Assembly (NCBI RefSeq): GCF_009914755.1
Contig: NC_060934.1
Source of the DNA: the human T2T-CHM13v2.0 reference genome, Homo sapiens
DNA length: 64,000 bases
Direction: 5' to 3' (one strand)
A program made the position numbers and the translations under genes. Each line of letters begins with the position of its first letter. Position 1 is the first letter of the stretch. A model generated the notes under the pieces. That model saw only the letters and a list, made by a program, of their open reading frames with translations. It searched no databases and was not told the DNA's origin. Of this stretch, positions 13,567 through 25,116 are shown piece after piece.

Positions 13567-13899
13567 CCCTTGAATTCGCAGTGAGAAAGACACAAACAGA
13601 CAAACATCTAGGATTTGAAGTAGATACAGGGTAAATGTTTACATATCTGAAGATTTAATTATTGTCTATAATTTTTAAAAATTAATATATACAAAATAGA
13701 TAAAAATAATTTATCATTGTCAATTATTTTTGAGTAATCCATCATTACTCACAAGTGAATGAAAATGAAGCAAAAAATTTCAGCAAATGTAGCTTTCTGT
13801 TGGACACAGGCAGATCTGACACCATCTATTGCAATCAGGGGACAACATCAATAGCGGGACTTTGCAAACAATAATGGATGAAGGCAATGATTTCTGAAT

Positions 13900-13902
<3 letters not shown>

Positions 13903-13944
<42 letters not shown>

Positions 13945-13956
13945 CTGTGTGTGTGT
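13903..13956. repeat. (GT)n microsatellite, (GT)20 perfect plus a short extension
   Basis: Read directly. Confidence 0.98.
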
Positions 13957-14709
13957 CCCAGGCAACAGTCAACAGGAAGACACATTTTTTCTTAGTTAGA
14001 TTTGGAGCCGTCAGAGACATGTTGGAGACATTTCAGTGTCCTCAGACTCTTTTATAGAGAGGCTTTACAGGCATCTGACTGATGGCATGAGTAGGTACAT
14101 TTATACGCTCAGAAGTTTCAGAATTTGCAGTGGTTTGTACCACACAATTAGAAACAGAAAAACCTCAGCAATAACAGAGTTGATGAAGTCTGTGTCATAG
14201 AAACTTCTCAGAGCTCATATCAGTTGCATAAAAATTATAATTGCTTCCAATATACAGTTGATGAGGCAGTAAAAGAGCTGATGAAGTCTATGTCATTGGA
14301 CAGAATGCTTCTGGATATTATACAGATGTAACTTTCAGCACCTGCAGACAGTTCAACTTAGAACTCTGAAATCAGGAAATCAACAAGACACGCACCAGAG
14401 TAAGAAGCAGAAGGTGATTAGTGCCACAGATCAAGGATGATGAAGGAAGAGTGTCTGGACCCACCCAAGACAGGCACCTTCAGAAGCAATACCAGACAAA
14501 GTAGAAATTGGTAGTTTCTACCAGAACTGATTTAGCTATTGTCATTTTTACCATATATATTTAGCATACTATATAATTCATTTCATAGAGTGTGTGCAAT
14601 TCTTTTCAATGAAGCTTCTAATGTTTCTTCTAAGGTCCCAAGTCAAAAGAAGGAGGTGGCGCTGCTAAGGAGTAGGTAAATTCACCCAAAATTTGTCTCT
14701 CTTCTAGTG

Positions 14710-15154
14710 TGTTAAAAGAAAACTTCAGACAAATTAAATTTAATGGAGTTTAATTGAGCAAGAAAAAGAAAACAATCTGGGAATCGAGCAGCCCTCAGAA
14801 TCACAGCAGACTCAGAGAGACCCCAAGGGTGCCTTGTACTCAGAACAAATTTATAGACAAAAAAAGGAAAGTGATATACGGAAATCGGATGTGAGGCACA
14901 GAAACAGCTGGATTGCTTACAGCTCAGCGGTTGCCTTATTTGAACACAGTTTGAACACTCAGCAGTGTATGAGTGGTTGATGTATGGTTGCTGGGATTGG
15001 CCAAGACTCAGCTACTGTTACAGGTGCATACTACTAAGTTAGGTTTTCAATCCCGTTTACCTATTAAGTTAGGTTACAATTAGTTATTAGTTCACAAGCA
15101 CTCAAATATAGAAGTATGAAGTTCTTCTCAGGCCATATTTAGTTAGCTTTAATA
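14710..15154 (-). mobile_element. ERV1 solo LTR, MER57-like
   Basis: Minus strand reads taaagctaactaaatatggcctgagaagaacttcatacttctatatttgagt; near-TSD agtg/ggtg. Confidence 0.8.
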
Positions 15155-15266
15155 GGTGCCCCAAGTGGGAAGACCAGAAAAGCAACATCCTTTAAAAAAT
15201 GGTGCCTACCTAGGCTATTCCTTTGTGAGTATGCACCCATTTCTTTCATAATGTTTACACCATTCC

Positions 15267-15341
15267 AAAGAGAGAAAGAAAAGGAAAGAAGAGAAAGAAA
15301 GAAAGAAAAAGAAAGAAAGAAAGGAAGGGAGGAAGGGAGGG
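15267..15341. repeat. GA-rich (GAAA/GGAA) simple repeat
   Basis: Read directly. Confidence 0.9.
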
Positions 15342-16759
15342 TTTATTGGAAGCAATTATCAGTCTTACACAGTTGATATAAGCTCTGAGAAGTTTCTATG
15401 ACCACATTCTAGCACATTTCTTTTCTTTCGCTGAAAATGCGTTTGGACATTGGCCTATAAGCTGCAAAACAACAAATACAGCTTTAGTCTTTCAAATAGA
15501 TTCCACAATGACAAGTACTCTCCTAAGGAAAAAAAAAGCATTTCAGAGTGTTTCACTGAGGGGTCAAAGATTAGACACAAGAGGCTTGAAATGAGATTTG
15601 TCTTTTTCAGTCTTTCTTAGAGGCAAGAAAAAAAATGCAACTGCCGGAACACTTGGCTTCTCTATTTGGATGTAAGATCCCCTAATCTTCTCCCGCGTGA
15701 ACATTGTCCTATCCCTGCCCTTGGACTGAGATGGTCCATCCACTTGAACTTGAACAGACTAAGAGGGATACTGACTTCAAAATCAAGGTCATGGTGGACA
15801 GTTGCCTGAGACCTGGAGTCAGGAGACCTGCCCTGGGGTCCTACCCCTATGACTTGCTCCCTGTGCGTCCCCTGGTGTCCACTGGTTCCCAGTGTCTGCC
15901 CATTCAAGCAGATGTTTTGCTAGCCTTGTGGTAGTTGCAAGGACGAAATAAAGATGAAAACTTGAGAAGGGCTTTGTAAATTGCAGAGCCCAATACCAAA
16001 ATGTTAGGTGTCACTATAAATCTTTGTTTCTGTGGATGTTTGCAGGATGAGTCACAATAGATATTGAAAAATTACACAGAGGAGTGGTATGAAGGGGTAA
16101 GAAGGTCCCTGTAGTCCCCCATGTTACCCTAGATTTTTCTTCCTGACCCAGTACTTGTAATGTAGAACAATGCGATGTTAGCTCCTGGGGCTTGCGTTCC
16201 AACACTTGACCAGTGGTGATTTCCCTATCAAGATGATTTATTTCCAGCTTTCTGCTTCACACTTGGGCTCCTGACACTGAACGGGCACCTGAAGTGCTGT
16301 GGGGGCCCCTGGCTTTCTCTCTCTCCCTGTAAGAAGAGGCCCCTGCATAGGCACATTTATACATGCAGGGGAGAGGGCACAGAGGCACAGAGAAAGGACA
16401 GAAAAGAAGAAGGGAGACCCCAAAGACAAACTCACACTTTAATCTGGGTCCTCAGAGCTTTGAGGCAGGAGATCTAGTCCTGTTATCCCACGGACAGGGT
16501 GAAATTCCAGGAAGCAGAGAAGGCAAAGGAATTCTCTGCAAGTTTCCCATTCTGACCCAGCACAAAGGGTGATAACCCTCACTCTGCAATATGTGTGCCT
16601 CTTAACCCCTATCACTTCACATTTATAAAATCTAGTCACTCACAAGCTTCCTTTCCCAGCATTGCTTAAAAACAAAACCTTATCCCAACATGATTTTTTT
16701 TTCTGGACATCTCTCCCCTCCAGTATGGAATAGACCCCTGAACCATATGTTGTATTTAA

Positions 16760-16942
16760 GAAAGCAGGTTCTGGATTGAAACCCTTATTTTGATACTTAC
16801 TAGCTTCGGTAATTTGGACATATTAATTGATCAGTGCTTCTCTTTCTTCACCTATAATCAAAGATAACTAGGAGTAATAAAGTATTTAAGAGAATGCCTG
16901 GCAGGTAGTAGATGCTCACTAAATGTAGGCTATTATTATTAA
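16760..16942 (+). mobile_element. MIR
   Basis: tgcctggcaggtagtagatgctcactaaatgtaggctattatt 3' end. Confidence 0.65.
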
Positions 16943-17265
16943 TTATACACCACTCTTAGCTATATTAAGTATATACACTCTCTCAGGCTGGCCAGGTACC
17001 CCAGAGGTATTAGAACTAGAAAAATAGATTTCTTCTCTAATCAAACAGAGAAGCAAGGCCTGTCCCTTATGAGCTTCCTTTCCCAGATACACCCTGAACT
17101 GTCTAAGTTAACTCCATGCACGGTGGCTAGGTGAACCACAGAAAGAGTCCAGGCCTAGAGTTGGGTCCTGCATTTAATTGTGGTTCTGTCTTAGCCCTAT
17201 GGCCTTAGGCCTCTTCTCTTCTGCTTGGTTTTCTTTGCAGTAGAAAATATTGGGTTAGATCTCAA

Positions 17266-17442
17266 CAGTGGTTCTCAAATTTGGGTGCCCATGGAATTCT
17301 CCTGGGGTCACTTTTAATATTCCTGATGCCCAGCACATCCCTGACAAATTAAATCAGAAGATCCGAGGGTGAGATTTAGGCAAGAGGACTTCTTACAGCT
17401 CCCCAAGTGATTTCAATGTTCAGCCAAGGTTGAGAACTGCTA
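17266..17442. mobile_element. MER5A/B (hAT-Charlie MITE)
   Basis: TIRs cagtggttctcaa...ttgagaactgct; gctccccaagtgatttcaatgttcagcca. Confidence 0.8.
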
Positions 17443-17453
17443 GTTTAGAAGAT

Positions 17454-17630
17454 TGGTAGTTCTCAACTCTGGTACATGAGAACCATCTAAGGAGCTTTAA
17501 AAAATTACAGAAGCCAGAGTCTTAGCGTAGGATAATTAAAGTAGAAATCCCTGGGGGTTGGTCCCAGACATGATATCTTTTAAAGCTCCCTGTACGATTC
17601 TAATGTGTAGCCAGATTGCGGACCCTCAGG
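17454..17630. mobile_element. Second MER5A-like MITE, in tandem with the first
   Basis: gtagttctcaact...ggagctttaaaaaa...aagctccc...gattctaatgtgtagcca. Confidence 0.7.
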
Positions 17631-18234
17631 TTTAATGATCTTCAAGTATCCTCCTTCATCTACGTAAGGCTCTGAGCTTGTATGAGTCTGCATCTGTGGA
17701 GCTGTGAGCACGTGTATCACCTTCTCTGGAAGATGGCTACACCAACACTCTCTGACTCTGAGAAATGAAATGATTATTCCCATTCCCAACATTCATCTTC
17801 TCTGGGCTTTGGGTATTAACAACCAGGAAGGAATCCCCTATTTACAGTCCATAGAAAGGTCACCCTAGACTTGACCTCAGTCCCATTATAACACAGCAAG
17901 TCAGCGTTCCTAATCTTTTTGGTTACACAGACCCCTTTAGAAACTTCATGAAAGCTATAAGTCGTCTCATAAGGAGGATCTTACATGTACGTCAAACTGA
18001 GCATACAGTTTTCACGGATCCCTGAACTGATACAAAGATAATTCTATTCTATTTCATTATAATATAAAAGTCAAAAACTTACATAACCCAGAAAAGGAGA
18101 AATGGCAACATAGTAGAAATAGACCAGAGTGAGAGTTAGTTCTAATCCTAGTTCCACTACTCATCAATCAACATTTAGGAGTCACTAAATCACTTGATGC
18201 CTGAGTTTACTCAGATGTCCAGTTAAGAATTATA

Positions 18235-18580
18235 CAATCATGCCACTACATAACAATGTTTTGGTCAACTACAGGTCACATATATAATGATGGTTCCGTA
18301 AGATTATAATACTGTGTTTTTACTGTACCTTTTCTATATAGATATGTTAAGACACACAAATACTTACCATTGTGTTACTATTGCCTACAGTATTCAGTAA
18401 AATAACCTGCTGTACAGATCTATAGCCTGAGAGCAATAGGCTATATCATACAGCCTAGGTGTGTCATAGGCTCTACCACCTTGGTTTGTGTAAGTACACT
18501 CTGTGATGTTCACACACGATGAAATTGCCTAATGATGCATTGCTCAGAACGTGTCTCCAACATTAAGTGATACATGACTG
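18235..18580 (+). mobile_element. Tigger3a (MER7A), full length
   Basis: About 346 bp, TIRs caatcatg...catgactg; homologous to both ends of 734-2540 in the opposite orientation. Confidence 0.9.
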
Positions 18581-19257
18581 GTACCTTCTCTATCAATCTT
18601 AACTATTTCAGAAATAAAGTAAAATTAATAATATAAAATTGCTTTGACCAAGTTATAAGCATTACATTGTCATTGAAAGTGGAAGAACTAGAATAGGAGA
18701 CCCTGGTGTGGCCCTGGAGTAGGTGAAACTGTTCGTGCATGTGACTTTCTTACCTTCCATTCTCATAAAGAATTGGCACATTCCCCACATACACCCTGGC
18801 CAAACTGTGTCTTTGGGACTGCAGCACCAAGGTATGTTTTTGTTTGTTAACTTATTCCCAGTGCCTGTGTTGACCAAGAGGCTTTGGGAATAAAGGTACA
18901 TAGAGGACTTAGAGCCTGGATGAGCCTGGGGTGAAGAGACGGTATGCAATGTCCTTGAATTTGGAGTGTGACTCGAACTCTGCCCTTGGGAGGGGCAAGT
19001 GCAGAGCCCATGAACTCACCATGCACCAGTCCCAGTCCTTGGTGGGGAAAGGCTGAAACTGGAACCAGATGTCTGAGAAGCAATCTCCCAGACTTCACAG
19101 TAGCTGCCAGATTGGCCACAAGTTTGGCAGAAACCATCCTACTGGTGAGTGCCAAGTGGTTTGGAGTGAGCAGGGAGCACAGCCTGGACTCCAGGCCTAT
19201 GCCTCCAGGGAGAACCTGGGTTCCCAGACTCACTGGGCATTCAGGCCATTAGAGTGC

Positions 19258-19975
19258 TGTCTTAGTCTGTTGGGGCTGCTATAGCAAAGTACCATAGACT
19301 GGGTGGCCTGAACAACAAATGTTTATTTCTCATAGTTTGGAGGCCGGGAAGCCCTAGATCAAAGCACCAGCAGACTGGGTGTTGGTAAGGGTCTGCTTCC
19401 TGTGGCCATCTTCTTGCTGAGCCCTCAGACGGTGGAAAGGAATAAAACAGTTCTCTAGGGTCCCTTTTATTTTATTTTATGTATTTTATTTTAATTACTT
19501 ATTTTTGAGACAGGATCTTCCTGTATAGCTCAGGTTGGAATACAGCAGTGCGATCATAGCTCACTGTAGCCTCAACTTCCCAAGTTCACGTGATCCTCCC
19601 ACCTCAGCCTTCTGAGTAGCTGGGACTACAAGCACACACCAGCATGCCCAACTAATTTAAAAATTTTTTTATAGAGATGGGGGTCTGGCTATGCTGCCCA
19701 GGCTGGTCTTGAACTCCTGGCCTCAAGCGATCCTCCTGCCTCAGCCTCCCAAAATGTCCTTTATAAGGGCACCAATCCCTTTAATTTGATTTTATTTTAT
19801 TTACTTATTTTTGAGACAGGATCTTGCTCAAGGGCACTAGTCCCATTCACAAGGTCCCCACCCTCATGACCTAATCATTTCCCGAAGTTCCCACCTTCTC
19901 AAACCATCACACTTCAGGTTAGGTTTCAACATAATGAATTTTGTGGTGGGGGATGCAAGCATTCAGTCCACAGCA
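19258..19975 (-). mobile_element. MLT1A-type MaLR LTR, split by Alu sequence
   Basis: tgtcttagtctgttggggctgctatagcaaagtaccatagactggg...catgacctaatca...cattcagtccacagca. Confidence 0.85.
19465..19756 (-). mobile_element. AluJ lacking about 30 bp of its 5' end
   Basis: gatcatagctcactgtagcctcaac; flanks gtcccttttat and gtcctttat. Confidence 0.9.
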
Positions 19976-20454
19976 CTCTCTAGCCTGACAGGGGTGGCAC
20001 CTTCATCCCTGTAGGAGGGTAGGTATGGTGGCTCTGGGGGTCCCCAGATTAGCTGCATCACCAAGAGAGCACAGAGTTGTTCTACCAGAAGTCTTGGGCA
20101 GAAATTAACCAGGATAGACATGAGAGTGTAGAGACTGTGCTCCTGGTCACTCCCAGAGCCCATTCTGCCCCCAGCCTACCTTCCCCGACCTCTAGGAAAG
20201 CCCTGTAGAAGCACGAGTGAGGTGAGAAGACAAAGGTAGAAGTTTCTGCCTGGGGCCCTAGGCTTCTGCTCAGAGAGGAGGAAGAGGAGCCCTCAGTGTT
20301 CCAGGAGAGCGTCTCCCCCTAAACAGTGTCAGAGAAAACAGTAAGAAGGGCCTCAAATTAAAAGTGAAGATGTGGGTCCAGACAGGGTGACTCTGGGAAT
20401 TCTCAGAGAGCTTGAGGAACAGACCTCAGGGAAGTAGGAATCATAAGAGGAATC

Positions 20455-20580
20455 ATGTTTGTTGCTTAGTTTTGTTGTAGATTCTTTGGGATTTCTAGAT
20501 GGATCATCATGACATCTGCAAATAGGGGCCATTTTACCTCTTCCTTTCCAATCCGTATGCCTTTTATTTCCTTTTGTCTT
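20455..20580 (-). mobile_element. L1M ORF2 fragment
   Basis: gtagattctttgggatttct...atcatgacatctgcaaatag...cttcctttccaatc. Confidence 0.75.
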
Positions 20581-20785
20581 AGAAAAGTATTATGATTACA
20601 ATAATAATAATAATGAGGAAACTAGCTTGGCATTCTGACAGAGCTGTTTGTCTCTCTGTAACTCAAATGCACATGTGGATGCACACACATACATGCAGAC
20701 ACACATACACAGGCACACACACAAACACGTTCTCTTTCTTTTTCTGAGAAACCCAGAAGGACTGACCACAGGCTCAGTGTTTGAG

Positions 20786-21096
20786 CTACTGAGGGGTGCT
20801 TTTGTGTTTAGAGGAGCTCCCACCGTACGAAGGTGTCTACCGAGTGGTGATTTTGTGTTTGGATGTGGTCTCACCATATGGATGTGTCTACTGGGGGGTG
20901 CTTTTGTGTTTGGATGTGGCCACTCCATATGAATGTGTCTACTGAGGGTTGATTTTGTGTTTAGAGGAGCTCCTACCATATGGAGGTGTCTACCGAAGGG
21001 TGATTTTGTTTGGATGTGGTCTCACCATATGAAGGTGTCTACTGAGGGGTGATTTTGTGTTTAGATGAGGTCTTGCCATATGGAAGTTCCTACTGG
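20786..21096. repeat. 51-bp minisatellite, 6 copies
   Basis: Units start at 20786, 20837, 20888, 20939, 20990, 21039 (next at 21090); consensus close to ctactgaggggtgattttgtgtttggatgtggtctcaccatatgaaggtgt. Confidence 0.95.
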
Positions 21097-21910
21097 CTGA
21101 ACGCAGATACTCTAGGAGCTGCCATATTGCTCGGCACAAGGTTTCCCCCTCCATGCATCTCTGAAAATTATCATGGGAAGGGAGTTGTCCAGGGAAGAAA
21201 AATACCAGTCTCCACGTTCTACACCCCGAGGTGGTCTCTGGTCTTTCTAGCCCAGGACCCTCAGTGATGTGGTCCCTGACGGACATCTGCTTGTTGCAGT
21301 CAGAGGGGAAATGTCGGACGGGCGACAGCCGCGGAGCCACAGCTTCCCAGCCCTGGTGACTCCAGGCTTTAAGGAACGACACACTTGCACGTTCACATCC
21401 CTCAAGTGTGTACTTTCTTCTCCTTTTGTCCTCCTGGAAAGGAATAACTTGAGGACATTGGCCGCACCGCAAAGGAGCCCTGTGGCTTCCTTTTCATTTC
21501 CTCTCCATTCCTCGGTGGCTGCTCATGGACTATTTTGCAACTACTGTTTCCAGCTGGGGCAGAGCAATATACACAAGCAGTATATTCTTTTAAATATTTA
21601 CTTATTGAAAATAAAGATAGGTATCTCATCGTTTCTTCCCATTAAGCAAGTGATATATGTTCCAAAGCTGGGGCATTTCTTATTGTCGTTATAGATCTGG
21701 TAGATGAATGATTTTCTACCATAGATTTTTTTTTTATTTTAACTTTTTTTTTTTTTTATGGAGAGAAGCCTTCATATGTTCTACACAAAGTTGCTTTCCT
21801 GTATATTAGACTCAGAGAGAGAAGATAAAAACAGCTGTTGATAAGATGGTGGAAGCTGGATATTTCTACTGGAAGGCAGCTTTGGGTTGCCCTGTCTTGT
21901 GGACTCTAAC

Positions 21911-22131
21911 TCTCTCTGTAACTCAAATGCACATGTGGATGCACACACATACATGCAGACACACATACACAGGCACACACACAAACACATTCTCTTTCTT
22001 TTTCTGAGAAACCCAGAAGGACTGACCACAGGCTCAGTCCTTGAGCTACTGAGGGGTGCTTTTGTGTTCAGAGGAGCTCCCACCATATGAAGGTGTCTAC
22101 TGAGAGGTGATTTTGTGTTTGGGTGCGGTCT
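21911..22131 (+). repeat. Direct duplicate of 20651-20871
   Basis: Ungapped, offset 1260, 10 mismatches in 221 bp by hand count. Confidence 0.97.
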
Positions 22132-22443
22132 ACTGGTGAAGTCCAAATGAGACCACTGGCCAGAAGAGTCCAGAGAAACCACGTTGAGACCCAAGAACTC
22201 ACAAGCTTCTTGTTTCCTTGTCTGCAGCACCTCAGCCTCAAAAATCTGTTTTGATGGAGTGAAATATATTGTCATCTTTGATGATGACACCTCACCATAA
22301 TGCTGTTTGCAAACCTCAGAAGAAATGACCAAAGTACCCACACCCTCCCACCGAGGAAACTGCCATGCGAGGCAACTGGAGTGAGGTGGGACATGGACCT
22401 CCCTGAGTCCCCTCACTGTGGCAAGGAGATTGTGCCTCATTCC

Positions 22444-23325
22444 TGTATCAGCCAGCAGTCATCCAGGATCCAGGAAGCACACCAGTTAGTGAAAGAGGGA
22501 ATTTGCTGTAAAGAATCCTTGGCCGGGTATGGTGGCTCATGCCTGTAATCCCAGCGCTTTGTGGGGCTGAAGCAGGAGGATCCTTTGAGTTCAGGAGTTC
22601 AAAACCAACCTGGGCAACATAGTGAGATCCCCGTCTATGCAAGAAATACAAAAATTGGCAGGGTATGATGTGTAGGCTTGTGGTCCCACCTTCTTGGGAG
22701 GCTGAGGTAGAAGGATCGCTTGAGCCTAGGAAGTTAAGGCTGCAGAGAGCCACGAATGTGTCACTGCACTCTAATGTGTGTGACAAAGTGACACCCTGTC
22801 TTAAAAAATAATTTTTAACTCCATTAAAGAACTGAAAAGGCAACCATGAAATACTAGGGTATCAAGGAGATGAAAACTGAAGGAAGCAGCTACTTTGCCC
22901 TCAGGCTGAGGAAGCAAAGGAAGAGGCTGGAATTATTACATCTTAAAGTTTGGAGGAGGGCTCCTTGGACTGAAACTCTGACCTCTGCAAAGGGGACCCT
23001 GTCCTGCTGTGAAAGCTGCCTCTTGGGGGATGCAAAGAGGCAGTGTCTGTGGGTGTTGAAAAAACTGCAAAGGGGACTCAACTGCTGCTACTGGGACATC
23101 CAGTCATGGCCAGGGCAAAGCAGCATTGCCAGGGGGATTCTGATGGGAACAGGAAGTGCAGGAGTGAAAGAATGTGGCAGAAGTGTGACTCTTCTCCTCA
23201 ACCTCTCCCCAGTGTCCTTTGTTAGCAGCACCTAGCAGGAAGCAACTGGCATTGAAGAAATGTGATTTGCAGGTCCCAGCTCCAGCATCAAAAGCAGAGA
23301 AAAATCACTTAATAACAAATACACT
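22444..23325. mobile_element. Old ERVL LTR (LTR41/LTR33-like), split by an Alu
   Basis: gggaagaggctggaattatta...tttggaggaggg; gaaatgtgatttgcaggtcccagctccagcatca. Confidence 0.55.
22521..22810 (+). mobile_element. AluJ
   Basis: ggccgggtatggtggctcatgcc...ggatcgcttgagcctaggaagttaaggctgca. Confidence 0.9.
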
Positions 23326-23437
23326 TGGATAAGTTCTCCATTGCTTCACTACTGTAAACCTAGTTTTTCTTTTTCCTGATCCGTCATTATAAACTGTGGG
23401 ACTATCCCTTTTTGTTTCCTTGCAATGACTAAGCTTA

Positions 23438-24366
<929 letters not shown>

Positions 24367-24714
24367 TCTAACCTCTGTCTACATTGTCACCCTGGATTTC
24401 TGGCCTGAGAATTAGAGGTATAAGGACACCCATGCATTTGCATGGTAGTTTACAGTTTTCAAAGCCCCTTCTCTGCTTTATTTGAACATATTTAGATAAC
24501 CCAAAGAGGCAAGGCAAGAGAGATACTATTGTCTCCACTTTACAAACTAGCAAACCATTACTCAGAAAGGCTGACCGACTTCCCTAGGAACTCATATCAC
24601 AGCAGAAACTACACTATTCTGACAATTCTCATCCTCCCATATTCAGAGGGGAAAGGAGGGTGGTTTGACAGCTGACTGACAGAGAAGACACTCTTTTTTT
24701 TTTTTTCAACTCCC

Positions 24715-25116
24715 TGTTATGGTTCGAATGTCCCCTCAAAAACTCATGTTGAAATTCAAGTACTATTGTGATGTTATTAAGAGGTGGGACCTTTAAGAAG
24801 TGGTTAGATCATGAAGGCTTTACCTCCATGAATGAACTAATGCTATTATCAAGAAAGTGGGTTAGTTATCACAGGGGTGGGCTAGTTATTTTCTGGAGTT
24901 TGGTTCTCTTTTTCTCTCTCTGTCTCATGTATGTGCTTTCTCACCATGTGACACCTTATGCCATGTTATGACATAGCAAGAAGGCCCTTACCAGATGTCA
25001 TCACCATGCTCTTGGACTTCCCAGCCTCCAGAACCATGAGCCAAGTAAATCTCTTTTCTTTATAAATCACCTAGTCTGTGGTATTCTGTTATAGCAGCAG
25101 AAAATGGACTAAGACA
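24715..25116 (+). mobile_element. MSTB/MSTC-type MaLR solo LTR
   Basis: tgttatggttcgaatgtcccc...gcagaaaatggactaagaca; 5-bp near-TSD ctccc/ccccc. Confidence 0.9.

Noticed and set aside
14645-14668. CTCF-like aggtggcgctg
   Set aside because: Lacks the 5' CC half of the core
20786-21096. CRISPR-like appearance of the tandem arrays (also 59019-59373)
   Set aside because: Units are contiguous with no unique spacers, there are no cas genes, and the DNA is primate
21726-21757. Poly-T as the tail of a retrocopy explaining the 221-bp duplication
   Set aside because: I found no matching TSD and no suitably placed poly(A) signal
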